A stretch of 64,000 nucleotides of DNA from a virus (lineage: Duplodnaviria > Caudoviricetes), in IMG/VR virus record IMGVR_UViG_3300035199_000417, positions 893-64,892 of that record; one strand, given 5' to 3'. Both the position numbers and the translations under genes were made by a program. The notes beneath the pieces were generated by a model that had not been told where the DNA came from, did not search any database, and saw nothing but the letters and a program-made list of their open reading frames with translations. Of this stretch, positions 30,701 to 38,403 are shown one piece after another. Each line of letters starts with the position of its first letter. The first letter of the stretch is position 1.

Positions 30701-33700
30701 TCTGCCTCATCTCCTGTTTAGCGAGTTCGGCCCTAGCAGCACGAGTACCGGGGAAGGCGATGTCCACCACATGGGCAAGGGCAGAATCCGCCGAGCCAAA
30801 CTTGAGAGGCATGCCGAATTGGTCATCAAGAACCACTCTCACTCCCTCGTCCCCAAGCAACTGGGGTGCCTTACCGGGGCTGGTCACTTCGATCCGATAA
30901 TGAGGGACTTTTTGAAACCCCTCCTTACCAACCTCTTCTGTGGCACGCGCATCTGGAGGTATTATCCTGTAGGAGACATTTCCGTCACCCTTGGCGGTCT
31001 CCCCTCGATTTATAGCGTTTGCAAAGTTAGCGACCGTGTCTATCGCGCCGTGAAGGCTTCTGACCTGCTGGTCTCGCCAACCTGTTTTTTCCAGGTCGGC
31101 CTGCATGGATTCCGGTAGGCTTGCGATGTAGTTATCAACCTTCACCTCCGCTCTCTGCTTAAGCGCCTTCGTGGTTCTGGGGATATCCTTACGAGCCTCT
31201 GGCTTGTCAGCAAGATTAAGAGCCGTCTCGTTAATGGTATCGTTCATCAGGCGGATTGGCTTTGCTTCATGCTGCCGCTTGATCTTTCCTTCTCTCTGTT
31301 TTCGCTCCCCTTCGACCTTTTTCTTCTCTTTAGTAATTTCTTCCTTTGTCTTGTCCTTCTGTTTCTCACTGACGACCGGGGGGCCCGGCTTCTTGGCAAA
31401 TGTCTTCTCGGGGCGAGACGGTGGTTTGGCTGGCTCAGAACTAACCGTGGCGTATTCTGGTAAGTTTCCTTCCTTGTCGAGGTCAACTTTCCATGTTCTT
31501 CCTGGCTCGCCACGAACATTACCACTATGCCCAGTGGTCACTACCGTTGCCGTGCCTGCCTCCTCATCAACCTCCAGAACTTTTGCCTCTACAATCCTTC
31601 CACTGAAAGGTGCTTCCTCTTTTTCAGGATTAAACTCCGGTAGCCCGTGTTTCTCACTTTGCGCGGCGGTTACCTTCGCATTAAGCGTGAGGGTTTTCCC
31701 TTCCAGTTCTTTCCCTTTGGGAGCTTCAGTGACAGGGGCCTCGGTGACGACCGGGGTCGGGACTACTTCGGCTTCAGTAGTGACGGGAGTGGTGACTTCC
31801 GGGGGGGCTTCCGGGGTGGCTACGACTTCGGGGACAGTCTCTAACTCCCTTTGTTTTTTTACGAAGGCCCTTAGTTGTTTTTCAGTTGCTTTGCTGAAGT
31901 CCGTTTCTTCATATTTCGTTCCTAAAGCTATTTCTTCTGCCATCTCTACGAGTTGTGGCTTATCCGCCTCCTTTAGCTCTTGATCCGCCAATGCTATTAA
32001 CTCATCTATCTCGTCCCCAGTAGGCTCACCAGTCGTAGTAACTTCGTCCAGCACCTCCCCGGTATCCGGGTCTAACACCTCACCCGGATCAGTTACCTCG
32101 ATGTCCTCGTCGATGGCTGCGTCCGGGTCTCGTATCACTCCCGGATCATGTACCTCAATGTCATCCGGGTCTCGTACCACACCCGGATCATGTACCTCAA
32201 TGTCATCGGCTGGGTCATCCGGGTCTCGTATCACGCCCGGATCAGTTACCTCGATGTCATCGGCTGGGTCTTCTTGACGCACATCGGGGTCATCTCCTCG
32301 CTGGATGCCCGTGGCTTCCTCAAATTCCTTCTCTTGCTTTTTCCTCTCATCATCAGCCTCCTCCCCAAGTACCTCCATCACCTTTACCGCCTCTTCGGCA
32401 GCGGCCTTGCTCTCCTTCCCCTCACGCTCGGTTGGCTTCTTTTTCCCCTCTTGGTACGCTTTCCAAAACTCCTCAGCGCCCAACCGATTGCGGGATTCAA
32501 GGCGATAATATATTTCCTTAGCCTGTTCTTCACTCTCCACCCCTTCAGCGAAGGCAGCAAACTGACCCGGTTTTGACTTTTCGACAAGCAAGTTCTGCTG
32601 GTGTTCGGTCAGTTGGCCCGACATCATTTCGGAGTAGGCCATCTCTTCCGCCAGATCAATGTTCGGGTCATCCTCGACCGTGCGGTCTAAGCCTAGCTGG
32701 TCGGAGTATTTCTCCTTGAGTCTGGCAAATTTCTTGGCGTCCATGTATTTTTCTACATAGTCGTACCCTTGCTGCCCCGCATAGCGACCACCCTCTGCCA
32801 TGCCAATCAGTACAGTGGTCTGAATTGCCGTATCCTTCATCGCCTCTTCGAACTGATCGGAGTCCATGGCGTGGAAGTCCATGGAGAAAATAACGTCCGT
32901 CATTAGCTGGGCGTAGGTGGTCGCTGATTCTTCCAGAAGTTCCGGGGGGAGGTTCGTGCCGATAGCTGCAAAGGCCCCCTGAATAGCCCTGGGATTGAAA
33001 AAACTGTTAATTGGGGTGCCGTCTTTAAGTTTTCGAGATGCAGCAAGCAGCTTTCGGAATTGTGTCTTGGCCGCTCCTTTAAGGAGTCCCCTGGACATCA
33101 ATCCCTCTAAGCCATGAGCCCCCATCTTCGAGAAGGTCATCGCAATACCGGCCTCAGCGCCGCCCTGCATCAAAGAATAGGCCAGGGCCTCCCACACACT
33201 GGGCTTAACTCCTTGGGCATTGATTTGGCTCCTCTTCCGGTGGTAGCTATCAGCGCCAACTCCCACACCAAATCCGCCTCCTAGATAATACGGCAACGCT
33301 TGGGGGGTGGCTCCGAGTGCAGAAGCGGCCCTCCCAATAAGCAACATCTCGGTCAGGTTTGCGCCAGCTTCGGAGAGAACCCGCGACACCTCACCCCCTA
33401 GAAATGACTTTTCGGCGGCAAGACTTGTCTCTGCGGTGACCTGTTCCCTGGCGTCATTTAGGTATTGGCTGAAGGCACCGAGCGTGAGTATGTTCGCGGG
33501 GCCTACACCGCCCTTCCTCAACGCATCCATGGCCTCGTCAATTATCGGGATATAGAATTTCTGATCCGCTGCGATCTTAGTAGCCGAGTCGAGAGACCTT
33601 TTGAACTCATAGATATGATCCTGTTTTTCAGCGTCCGACATCGCCTCATATTGGGCCAATCCCTCCTTGGTGGACCCGAATAAACCGTCGCGGATGTTTC

Positions 33701-34523
33701 TTAAATATTTCGCCTCCATCTGGGGAAACATCTCGTATTTCCACATCATCTGTGGCCACATTTTTCGAAGAACATGGGGGCCTGGGCCCTTCTCCTCGTT
33801 TAAGAATAGCTGCTCTAAATAGTTATCCCGGTTTTTTGCAGCCCGGCCAGGAACAGCGATAGCAAACCAGTTCTTCGTTAGGAACTGGTATTTGTGCTGA
33901 AGGGAACCCTTGGGATTTTTCGGGTCACGTTGGGTCTCAAAGTTCGGCCCATATTCTCGCCATACACCGCGATCACTAAATCTCCCGGTTGCCTTAAGTC
34001 TGCCCTTCCCCTCTCCCGCAAAGAGTTTTTGGAATGTCTTTTCTCCCTCCTCGTATTTTTTCTTGTAGGAGTCCCTGTCTTTCTTTTCCTTTATGGCGTC
34101 CTCATCGGAAACCAAACGACTCGCGAGGTCTCGCCCGCTATATTTCGGTATCGAGGGAGCGTCGATGTCCCCATACTTCGCCTGTATCTCTCTAGCCCTA
34201 GTCGCTTCATCCCATGGAACAACGACATCCTCCTCCTCTACTTCCTCTATCTCTGGCTCTGGTGGAACGATGGGGGCGAGTGGTTGGGGGGCAAAAGTCC
34301 GTCGCGGAACAACACCCCTGCGTTGCGCAGAACTAACGCGGCGGCGGGCCAGAGAGAGAGTGTCGGCATTGTTTGGAGCCCCGCCCTCAATAAGGAGGCT
34401 CAGTTGCTTTTCAACTTCCGGGGTGATGGGCTCGCCGGTTGTTACATCTATGGCTCCGGGGGGGCCAGGATGTTGCAACTCTGGTAACCCAGTTGGCGTG
34501 ACGGGGGCGAGTGGTTCTGCCAT
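18726..34523 (-). CDS. giant (5265 aa) polyvalent / internal virion ejection protein
   Basis: Uninterrupted 15.8-kb ORF at the end of the virion operon; two HExxH zincin motifs (HEFMH; HEATH...ELVAEAF); IEEIQSDWHQ domain; several other modules. Confidence 0.85.
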   Translation of the reverse strand: MAEPLAPVTPTGLPELQHPGPPGAIDVTTGEPITPEVEKQLSLLIEGGAPNNADTLSLARRRVSSAQRRGVVPRRTFAPQPLAPIVPPEPEIEEVEEEDVVVPWDEATRAREIQAKYGDIDAPSIPKYSGRDLASRLVSDEDAIKEKKDRDSYKKKYEEGEKTFQKLFAGEGKGRLKATGRFSDRGVWREYGPNFETQRDPKNPKGSLQHKYQFLTKNWFAIAVPGRAAKNRDNYLEQLFLNEEKGPGPHVLRKMWPQMMWKYEMFPQMEAKYLRNIRDGLFGSTKEGLAQYEAMSDAEKQDHIYEFKRSLDSATKIAADQKFYIPIIDEAMDALRKGGVGPANILTLGAFSQYLNDAREQVTAETSLAAEKSFLGGEVSRVLSEAGANLTEMLLIGRAASALGATPQALPYYLGGGFGVGVGADSYHRKRSQINAQGVKPSVWEALAYSLMQGGAEAGIAMTFSKMGAHGLEGLMSRGLLKGAAKTQFRKLLAASRKLKDGTPINSFFNPRAIQGAFAAIGTNLPPELLEESATTYAQLMTDVIFSMDFHAMDSDQFEEAMKDTAIQTTVLIGMAEGGRYAGQQGYDYVEKYMDAKKFARLKEKYSDQLGLDRTVEDDPNIDLAEEMAYSEMMSGQLTEHQQNLLVEKSKPGQFAAFAEGVESEEQAKEIYYRLESRNRLGAEEFWKAYQEGKKKPTEREGKESKAAAEEAVKVMEVLGEEADDERKKQEKEFEEATGIQRGDDPDVRQEDPADDIEVTDPGVIRDPDDPADDIEVHDPGVVRDPDDIEVHDPGVIRDPDAAIDEDIEVTDPGEVLDPDTGEVLDEVTTTGEPTGDEIDELIALADQELKEADKPQLVEMAEEIALGTKYEETDFSKATEKQLRAFVKKQRELETVPEVVATPEAPPEVTTPVTTEAEVVPTPVVTEAPVTEAPKGKELEGKTLTLNAKVTAAQSEKHGLPEFNPEKEEAPFSGRIVEAKVLEVDEEAGTATVVTTGHSGNVRGEPGRTWKVDLDKEGNLPEYATVSSEPAKPPSRPEKTFAKKPGPPVVSEKQKDKTKEEITKEKKKVEGERKQREGKIKRQHEAKPIRLMNDTINETALNLADKPEARKDIPRTTKALKQRAEVKVDNYIASLPESMQADLEKTGWRDQQVRSLHGAIDTVANFANAINRGETAKGDGNVSYRIIPPDARATEEVGKEGFQKVPHYRIEVTSPGKAPQLLGDEGVRVVLDDQFGMPLKFGSADSALAHVVDIAFPGTRAARAELAKQEMRQRAEAKAKGEDKGRASFRDRKKGKTTEPKKGEGLITQERKDAVEAVSAMTEAAEAHKKNEGDQQTELDKTKGEAVDDVELAKIEKKRERAKRFAEEQEKWQRMILKSMLPDSKVKYLSIAEARDVLLGKKETVPEMFFIEGEGAPTIANPLTYGKNEIELEKILTSAGVRLVIVKTPARQFNGYSEDRDTVYIASHLVSEMNPNMLFGVGFHEFMHSLKRGAKNSEVEKKLWQDVYDTVKERDPQGLIASRHEYREKMVTELEHLEATLEELEKELASMFDPGPRISHGYEAWLESPKRNWLKDRIAAIKEQIVTHKKNMNDPDFMAEEALSEYLEHMQHAAEIAAYIRSEDPNLARRGLHAMVRFVTGFDPENRGIPKKVAKAFKKVFSELAAAEPSGMTAAPETAARKSFVRVKAQVDELDDVLDGKKPVAAPRFSYAPRFSYKAGLDRTAKASTKKDREARALLVNAGKVVPSGGKKGKQITVADVGRAINRPRTNYEDPADFAAAVSRAVANARYQLQQENTGVDWYNLDMKAAYDITSQIFPELKGNVKGYKQARAVFSMLAAITSNGNAAELNWRFAGLAYGEWDRTGIVPKLNPESNEIFGKQGNALAYALSTMQYMLNKRGVKGTLKFLLSEHSVGELRKIRRKVANEPSLRDPRIEGGGIYKDTPTMSLGGRADKIVPGAYIFGDKIGPFFLNMNGVSDETIDRWAIRTFSREFGGLFDTPDKDTGLHDAPSAKERQYAKRFFREVGKQTGLKPQDAQAVLWFFEKSTYHALGNAASRIAFFSDGARSYAREQGPAELRAKASVAWDAGWRPRTRTQVRPPSKPRALTDVRVGRYSYAEEAAARLDNAKISDLLTVIRENPDGFTADLQATMAGKGFAVSVDKKTEWTPTEVELDEKSLRDYLDKHKEVFQREGAHLGGWLNENYINPKTGEKEERFILDASWPLKSYADAVKAAIWADQDAIFDLQTGTLIKTKEELEDGKTGPPIVPQDYTRKLKGKTTETFTVTETLEEILEGRPDSVPANAEDIWRVEQGVARQDRERREEGDVEGPGRASLRDVDTSRFADALAKLGDNKANFREASLELEQAATEMLGKIPGADKVSLARQTGRNMYFDVVSHIEYERGVEKAVEEAAIQVHVSPNVEFNLQQVAEQLQDEIDDTERTLRKAGRASFSDVWYSKAEDIAKQKKFGGKKSAKEVLKMLDKGGVKSEEIYWSGLAELLGGEDKMVTIQQVLDAIAAGVELHEVVLEGAADRHRAYSLDGAVNPRTILLTMGAKQETTEFEKKHLEKFRDALQVARRRADKMRGDEAIEEYNRANEETQEEYAIRYANGKPKIDRDKLERKLYLQVREFALSVMKEGSLLYRNWEREAALAPHGGPARGAASKRFKDYFGVRPGDLKKERLTRATGETYIGLFHPNIAAVWARKASKKFGLPPDILTKPYSEPHVLDRDGQLDLRDFVGRYTETYSEGHYADKADNIFAHIRFNERTDKDGKVVLFIEEIQSDWHQKARGLRTEEVKSLVRKITDNPLLYDLTDSATHDEIVAKAQTLVSKEFGYQAPIEIKVEVEKLEAKIGEIKKERDGKLNKLKEEEEALEETEVLGQYEQKLYDIKSRVAVLMAEAESETKPLEARLASIKRSRWAMPDAPWKKTWPMMAMKRAIQWASTNVNGKGQPFDKVAWTTGEVQIERYEDDLRSKVDRIEWVGVRQEGVVGEKEVKVTALKDGEQVFREYLPLEGMTDINHHRGVTLDDVVGGRMAKQIREEVASGQPRGVFEGDGLSIGGEGMKGFYDRNLVNDTNGSILRRFKEGKKAEKVGTVEVNLGEVPFGTGYKGPDRTVEEVEKFRDIAPDVSEGGEQGFQSWKTPWLEDGPTFISSRHTRENWPSIDVVAAEFEDELEGMISDMHSGFTFSQAMDRHAGGEEARAGALLSYYFGGEMETEYRTTTKESHGFDLTDKIRASAQEKGQERFSYRDPAEDWNPFDEASKLTDPDAPVFDMVRDTLEAHKEKYWPRAGDTLEEAIDRLMNQPDEPHRMMDTQRAILAGTYDQEVAARDSVSEAATAQHLLWKELLPILQSQRTGVPRLAVMGRSDEYKAKDQKTIGGNYDPWQEMEGIDRKKALPDQTIPTINLFTDAILLRQAIRAVRKSSWAGARADWIRRDATTSVLKTLLHEATHAATRTMTLERWLGGRYWSPETEKGKMYTAWSKHIGPETKEVYARLTTILKRSRFVEKKRAFPNLGRPANSWHSKFYGLTNEAELVAEAFSNPEFRKFLASIKVPRSTKFAHLRGKNLLEAFINAIVDMLGIKSKKAVTALEEVLGLSETLMREDTLADLKRRDEAESREAGLRIQAKIEKAEEQKAFKPKVLDTGEAKSLRDKLLAKRQERDFLYMRGSDPSQIEAADAAIAKLEKQLRELELRSIQKVRKLLASSRKLKEAEREGRYSFREPPLDKATPWPKFKYPVWKKVEVSNKEHLKAEAHMKPTKGELEDRAGFEGRVFENRAKGLVGKMVRARINIPYFEKAQKYAISVHSMFKKGGKIKADPEKGEVGAIIGYDNFVRLVGKVRFRHDEGKALKILTEGATKSTIAVVEGEMGKRGQHRIPADINDWIPIGYDPRKATFFYNKITGEQVLEAEEAISIGNTVFVKKVTKIGLEKDGKTPKNAKKQNVEARKIRESNWRAFVEKQERRPTGRASFRETPKKRAPLTGVRKLIDVAGEKAGLNQRERQALASEIIRYEKHHDPRLTPSMLVRMAKAFEERHYRKGYKAGTRDTAREEFLKGLITGMNKGWRDGYKAGDAEGSYTALVKGMDRGWKAGERYGRGEGRAEGYEVGKRRGIKEGWLFGQEAMVETKLLLFSYMKEILPELELIKVIPTLLKARTPAELNRVWKAAQRILDNYDKNTAIQDVRDAVKESSRSKLRTEHQESLEKILSGFNLSKPNEATLAKAVRTLDAAMKQDDIGEIPTWLQDAAYEILRKSGATYIRDMATQDIVNLAKIIRATAHQTVIKNQLLSHANDKETARVVASAEGAIKKIWRKTRGRFVRDRKGKRRERKLARTSLPGRVWKGATHSQLNYQTRLVQIFGRNKAAQKVMVDNLRDGERKFAELSLAAQGYMREVMADNRITQEDLKTWDEDFFTIRLPDRTDGSRARGSTLDMTMDEFMGLMLNLADGETRSEILDNKNEGVLFKSALGKGTETRPVALNANDIRVIYKEAARHPKMIAVANAMFAYVNGSQRDTLNKQWRKVFGHEIASREDYWPRRRERQAKDQAAMDRRVTEKKLENQHIFKPRAHSEKAFVIEGGMVSFFESINRSSLFIAKGEAVADAITLLNQVEGEVRERVHMGGEKLESLRETLKRYQGLDMPEEGTIAKATRQFQRIVHTGTLGFKPQIMAYQTASLVTAAADMKLGSLLFSDLSVDDIHYSGQAMREIEKHSAILYSRIRGGAHQIITPSASSSGFREFYGMKDTKAEWVSNKALSWIKWGDSRVVIRVWKAAKLEMKKKKLTGDELLRATARRTEEVFENTQPTWNPLTVSDLAMEGRQNALVQLLTMYSTQRNKNLNIAIQAWLDYSHKDIGPREMLRKVFLSQFSNAMMISFMQAGIRTLIQSLWALGGWGDDDEEVSIWEKLGLTPKQFATKMLGNWIIHGDIAGYGVETVTGPIREDYDSRLRETVAIAAIKDTFDSLASVTAQMRIMWNDERYENGPNEGESKAAAGLLNVFQEGLQAAGYYGVPTHAVRQIAGPAIFSKPKYDGSTEILYRTDKGYNKAVREKDVDGQIAGKFAHAVKLGAAGTWDDLVEARLADDEKEIKKSSKKMNAISDKYIEAEATGASFPSLRTKPIQGETPAADHKRRVRKWKSGRGVDDSEIVVQEAFERLVWSQAKIVSMAESLPIYDPRADEDEKEDYQKRMKKFKAKKLAAEAWIALYSDSPALKRVLKKLRASPAYQRVRLGAASGGSVDSRRRNAQKKKHSSPLVILP
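23371..23404. repeat. 34-bp direct repeat, copy 1
   Basis: ttaagttttcgagatgaagcaagcagctttcgga; 33/34 identical to 33025..33058. Confidence 0.85.
32040..32290 (-). repeat. imperfect coding tandem repeat (DIEV[TH]DPG[VE][IV]RDPD)
   Basis: Four DIEV[TH]DPG units plus degenerate flanks, visible in DNA and protein. Confidence 0.85.
33025..33058. repeat. 34-bp direct repeat, copy 2
   Basis: ttaagttttcgagatgcagcaagcagctttcgga. Confidence 0.85.
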
Positions 34524-34541
34524 GATAATTTGCGCCGGTTA

Positions 34542-36455
34542 TTATTGTTGTTTTGCGTTGTCCGAAACTTCTTGCCTCAATTCTGCGGCAGCCCAGGCTT
34601 TCAACGAAATGTGTCTTTTTATGGTTTTTGTTTTTGTGCCCTTTTGGGGGTCACCATATTCCGTCCTTGTCAAAATAATCCAGCCGGTTCCACTTTTCCT
34701 CACCATCGTTGGGTCAACCGTGGCATCCCACGTCTTGCCGCTGAAGAAGTATTGACCCTTCTTCTTTCCACCCTCGGTGGAGTCTATATGCGACTGAAAC
34801 TCATCCGCGTAATACAGGTTTTCGGCTTTGGCTTTTTCTGTTTTTGCTTCTTCTTCTGTTGTCTCAGGACGAGGGTCGGGTAAACCACCGGCAGTGGGTT
34901 TGGCTACTACCCCCTCGGGGTCGTCGGCTGGGTCTACGGGCACAGTCCCCTCTTTTTCCACATCCGCCACGGGGGCGTCGGGGTCGGCGGCGGGAGCGAA
35001 GTCAAGTGGCTCTTCTGGTTCGCCTCCGGTCGGGGCTATCCCTTCGACCGATGCTTCATCCGTAGCCTCTGTTAGCTTCGCTTCGATCTCCGCCCTCAAA
35101 CTCTTCATGGCTTCCTGAACCCCAATGTTGTTCACCTTTCTCTCAAACTCCCCGAACAACTCCGGGCCCAAGGTTTCTTTAAGGTCGTTCAGATCGTCGT
35201 CGTTCATCCAGTTCAAGTTGTTTACGTTCTTCTGAGTGCCCCTGTATTCCTCGGCCCCAGATATGTCTTTCAGAAGCTCGTCGGCGTCTTCCACTTTATC
35301 CAGGTCTTCATCCGCCAACTCGGCCCGGCCTGTGGATGTCTTTTTAAGTTCTGCTCTCCTTTCCCTCTCTGCCCTGGCGGCTGCTAGCCTCTCTCTCCTC
35401 GCAGTCTTCTTGTCATCCCTCGCTCTATCTTCAGCCCCCGTCATACGGCTCGGCTTCATGATGGGCGGGTATTCTTTCGTGGCCCTGGCTTTTGCTTCTG
35501 CATCCGTGATCGTACCGTCAGCGGCTATGACTTCTTTTTTTATCTCCGCTGCCCGCTTCGCTATGTCCGCTTCGCGCTTGATAACGTTCTTGTTGTAGGC
35601 TTCCAACTCCTTCAGTTCCACTTCGTTTTCATGCTGTTGGTCGGGGCTCAGTTCGGGCCATACGAGCTTCGGAGTGAGCGGCGCACCATTTCTGCCGCCC
35701 TCCCATTCCAATATCGCGCCGTCGTCGATCATGTCTCTCTGCTGTGGAGTAAGAAGCGGCGAGACGCCTTCACCACCTGACTTTTCGTGTTCCCTGTCCA
35801 GATAGTCCCTTAGCTGTGTGCCGGTGTGGGCCTGCCCCGAATCGTAGGCTGCCTGTATTGGGGACGGGGCCCGCGTTTTGGCAAGAATTCCGTCATTCCT
35901 GATTGTCTGAATTAACTTTTGTCTGGCCTCGATCCTCGCCGCTGGTGTCGATAAGGTTGGATCACTTTCTATCTTCCTGAGTTCCTTGCGATACTTGCTA
36001 GCCAACGTCTTGTCATCTGGATCATCAAAGTTATTGGGATTTAGCTCATTGGTGAGTGAGTTGGCTTCTGTCTTGGTCTGGGCATCGCGACTGCCCTCTT
36101 CCCTTCTCTCCTCCGCCCGTGTCTCAGCGGCTACCCTCCCCTTCTCTGTACGCCTGAAGGCACCGATATCTCTCCGCTCGGCCTCTTCGTCTCGCTCCCG
36201 CTGAAACTCTCGCTGTTCGAGGTCGCGGGACTTCTGGTATTCCTGTTGCCGCTCTTCGGAAAACCGACGAGCCATCAGGTTGTCCAGGTGGGTCTGGTAC
36301 TGTATCTCCTGGCCACGGGCCTGGAGCCCTATCTGCTGTTGCCTCTGCGAAGCAGCGAGCGCATCTTTCTCCGCAGCCTCCCTCCCAACCTGCGCGGCTA
36401 ACGCCATTTCGTGCTGGCCGGTGATGTCTGCGTACTGCTTAAAATTAAAAGGCAT
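34542..36455 (-). CDS. probable internal virion protein
   Basis: 637 aa, helical and charged; position upstream of the giant protein is typical of podoviral ejection genes. Confidence 0.6.
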   Translation of the reverse strand: MPFNFKQYADITGQHEMALAAQVGREAAEKDALAASQRQQQIGLQARGQEIQYQTHLDNLMARRFSEERQQEYQKSRDLEQREFQRERDEEAERRDIGAFRRTEKGRVAAETRAEERREEGSRDAQTKTEANSLTNELNPNNFDDPDDKTLASKYRKELRKIESDPTLSTPAARIEARQKLIQTIRNDGILAKTRAPSPIQAAYDSGQAHTGTQLRDYLDREHEKSGGEGVSPLLTPQQRDMIDDGAILEWEGGRNGAPLTPKLVWPELSPDQQHENEVELKELEAYNKNVIKREADIAKRAAEIKKEVIAADGTITDAEAKARATKEYPPIMKPSRMTGAEDRARDDKKTARRERLAAARAERERRAELKKTSTGRAELADEDLDKVEDADELLKDISGAEEYRGTQKNVNNLNWMNDDDLNDLKETLGPELFGEFERKVNNIGVQEAMKSLRAEIEAKLTEATDEASVEGIAPTGGEPEEPLDFAPAADPDAPVADVEKEGTVPVDPADDPEGVVAKPTAGGLPDPRPETTEEEAKTEKAKAENLYYADEFQSHIDSTEGGKKKGQYFFSGKTWDATVDPTMVRKSGTGWIILTRTEYGDPQKGTKTKTIKRHISLKAWAAAELRQEVSDNAKQQ

Positions 36456-36486
36456 TAGATCGTGTCCCTGTTATCAGTTTCTTCTA

Positions 36487-37245
36487 TTACCAATTTCCAA
36501 GACCACGGTTGGCCCGATTTATCACGCCCCCAAATGCGTTGCCGATATTCCCGCCACCACCACCGCCATAGCGGCTCCTGTATCCCCCATAGTCGGGTTC
36601 AACCACTTGGTTAGACGCACTAGCAAGAAGATTCGCCTGCCTGCCCCACGTTCTCTCGTCGATGCCAGACCGCTGTAGGCCAAACCTCTCCTGGAGGCCA
36701 GTCAGTTCCCTCGCCCTGCGGGACTGTCCCATGGTAGCCATCTCTGGCGAGAAACCAGCAGACCCGCCGCTGGTCACGCCAGTGCCAGCGCCCATGTAGC
36801 CACCCATGCCTGCCCTATTGAGGTTTTGGAAGTCGCCGCGAGAGCCCAACTTCAAGTCGTAGTTCAGTCCAGCCATGGCAGCCCGCTGGGCCGCACCTAG
36901 TTGTTGCTTCGCCCGCAGGCCACCCATGTAGTTAGCCCGCATCGTATTGAAAAACCGCGCCATGCGGTTCTGTCTCGCGAAGTTTCTGGCGTTTGCGAGA
37001 TCAATATGCCTGATATTAGTGGGCTTGGGCATCCGAAACATTGACATCTCATCAATAGCACCCAGGTCTTTACTGGTATCAAACCTGCCCATGCCACCAT
37101 GACTCTGATAGCCACCACCGCCACCCATGTTATTGATGTTTTGCTGAGTGCGGCGGATCAGTTCTCGGTTGCCTGCGTTCACTGACCCAGGGCCTTGATA
37201 CCTACCAACCTGCTGAAAGGTTCCGCCTATAATACCGTTACTCAT
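36487..37245 (-). CDS. Gly/Arg/Met-rich probable internal virion (ejection) protein
   Basis: Low-complexity G-rich 252 aa; synteny. Confidence 0.55.
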   Translation of the reverse strand: MSNGIIGGTFQQVGRYQGPGSVNAGNRELIRRTQQNINNMGGGGGYQSHGGMGRFDTSKDLGAIDEMSMFRMPKPTNIRHIDLANARNFARQNRMARFFNTMRANYMGGLRAKQQLGAAQRAAMAGLNYDLKLGSRGDFQNLNRAGMGGYMGAGTGVTSGGSAGFSPEMATMGQSRRARELTGLQERFGLQRSGIDERTWGRQANLLASASNQVVEPDYGGYRSRYGGGGGGNIGNAFGGVINRANRGLGNW

Positions 37246-37255
37246 ATCTTCATCC

Positions 37256-37855
37256 TCAAAATGCCATTAAGTTAAGCCATGAATCGTCGTCTACCGTCCA
37301 GGTGCCATCTGATGAGTTAACAGAACCGCCAGGGAGGTTCTTTTCTACCATTGTTAATATGGCATCGCCGCTGTACAGGTATATTGCAGTGGCTGGAAAG
37401 ACCAAGCTACTCTTTACTTCGTTAACCTCAATGGCGTGGGATTTGCCTCCTACCTGGGTGTCCTCACCTGTCTTGGCAGAGCGGACATGGAGATATGTAA
37501 TTGCCTCATCCCACTCTATGTTTCCTACCGCCATGGAATATGCCTGCTCCGAATCAGATGTCCAGCTAATTGACCAAGACACTAAATATGTTCCCTCTTC
37601 ACGAACCGTAACTGCTGTGCCAAGGCTGTCCAGCCAAGGAGGTTCTACCGCATCGTCATCTCCATTTGGCGGAAGAACCGTAGTCCACTCGACGGGAGTC
37701 GCGGTGGCCCCTATCGTTCCTGACACCCCGCCAAACCTGTTGCCTTTAATTCCATTGGAAGGCCCCCCACGCGGCGATCCGTAACCCAGTCTGCGCAAAG
37801 TCTCCTCCGCGCTGGGAGAGACATCGCATGTGACTCGTACAGTTGGTAGGCCCAC
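37256..37855 (-). CDS. tail-associated protein with C1q/TNF-like beta domain
   Basis: VTVREEGTYLVSWSISW...IYLYSGDAI pattern. Confidence 0.5.
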   Translation of the reverse strand: MGLPTVRVTCDVSPSAEETLRRLGYGSPRGGPSNGIKGNRFGGVSGTIGATATPVEWTTVLPPNGDDDAVEPPWLDSLGTAVTVREEGTYLVSWSISWTSDSEQAYSMAVGNIEWDEAITYLHVRSAKTGEDTQVGGKSHAIEVNEVKSSLVFPATAIYLYSGDAILTMVEKNLPGGSVNSSDGTWTVDDDSWLNLMAF

Positions 37856-37869
37856 TTACTTTTCCTTAC

Positions 37870-38403
37870 TCAATACGAGGCGACATTAGGATCGACATTC
37901 GCTTCATCATTTGGTGGAACGTTCTTCTTGTTCTTCTTTCTTTTTCTACCCCCACCACCACCCGGACGACCAACAAAGATATTGCCACCCCTCCCCCATC
38001 CTCGTCCTCGTCTTCTTCTTCCCTTCTTCTTTTCTTTTTTCTCTTGGGGGTTAGCTGCCTCCCACCGCAGTTTAGCGATATCTTTCCGTCGCGTTTCCCT
38101 GGCCGTGATTCGTTGAGCAGACTTCTGTCTCGACTTGGCCAATAGCTTACTTCTAGGCGTATTGGAACGCGCCTCGCGAATTTCTTGGCGGCGTTTAATA
38201 GACTGAGCCGACATGGGATGCGAGGGGCGCTGTTTAGCAGCAAGAACCCTTGCGTCACGGCCCTTCATATTCGCCCTTTCCATGTTTCGTACAGCAGCTT
38301 GCCGCCTCGCGGACACCTGTTCCGGGGTCTCACTAACCCCCAGTTGGTCGGGTCTGGCGGAGCCGAACCGCGAGCGGGGGCCGTATATTGATTGATATGC
38401 CAT
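37870..38403 (-). CDS. highly basic disordered protein
   Basis: KKKGRRRRGRGWGRGG, GRKRKKNKK; translationally coupled to the nozzle gene. Confidence 0.6.
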   Translation of the reverse strand: MAYQSIYGPRSRFGSARPDQLGVSETPEQVSARRQAAVRNMERANMKGRDARVLAAKQRPSHPMSAQSIKRRQEIREARSNTPRSKLLAKSRQKSAQRITARETRRKDIAKLRWEAANPQEKKEKKKGRRRRGRGWGRGGNIFVGRPGGGGGRKRKKNKKNVPPNDEANVDPNVASY

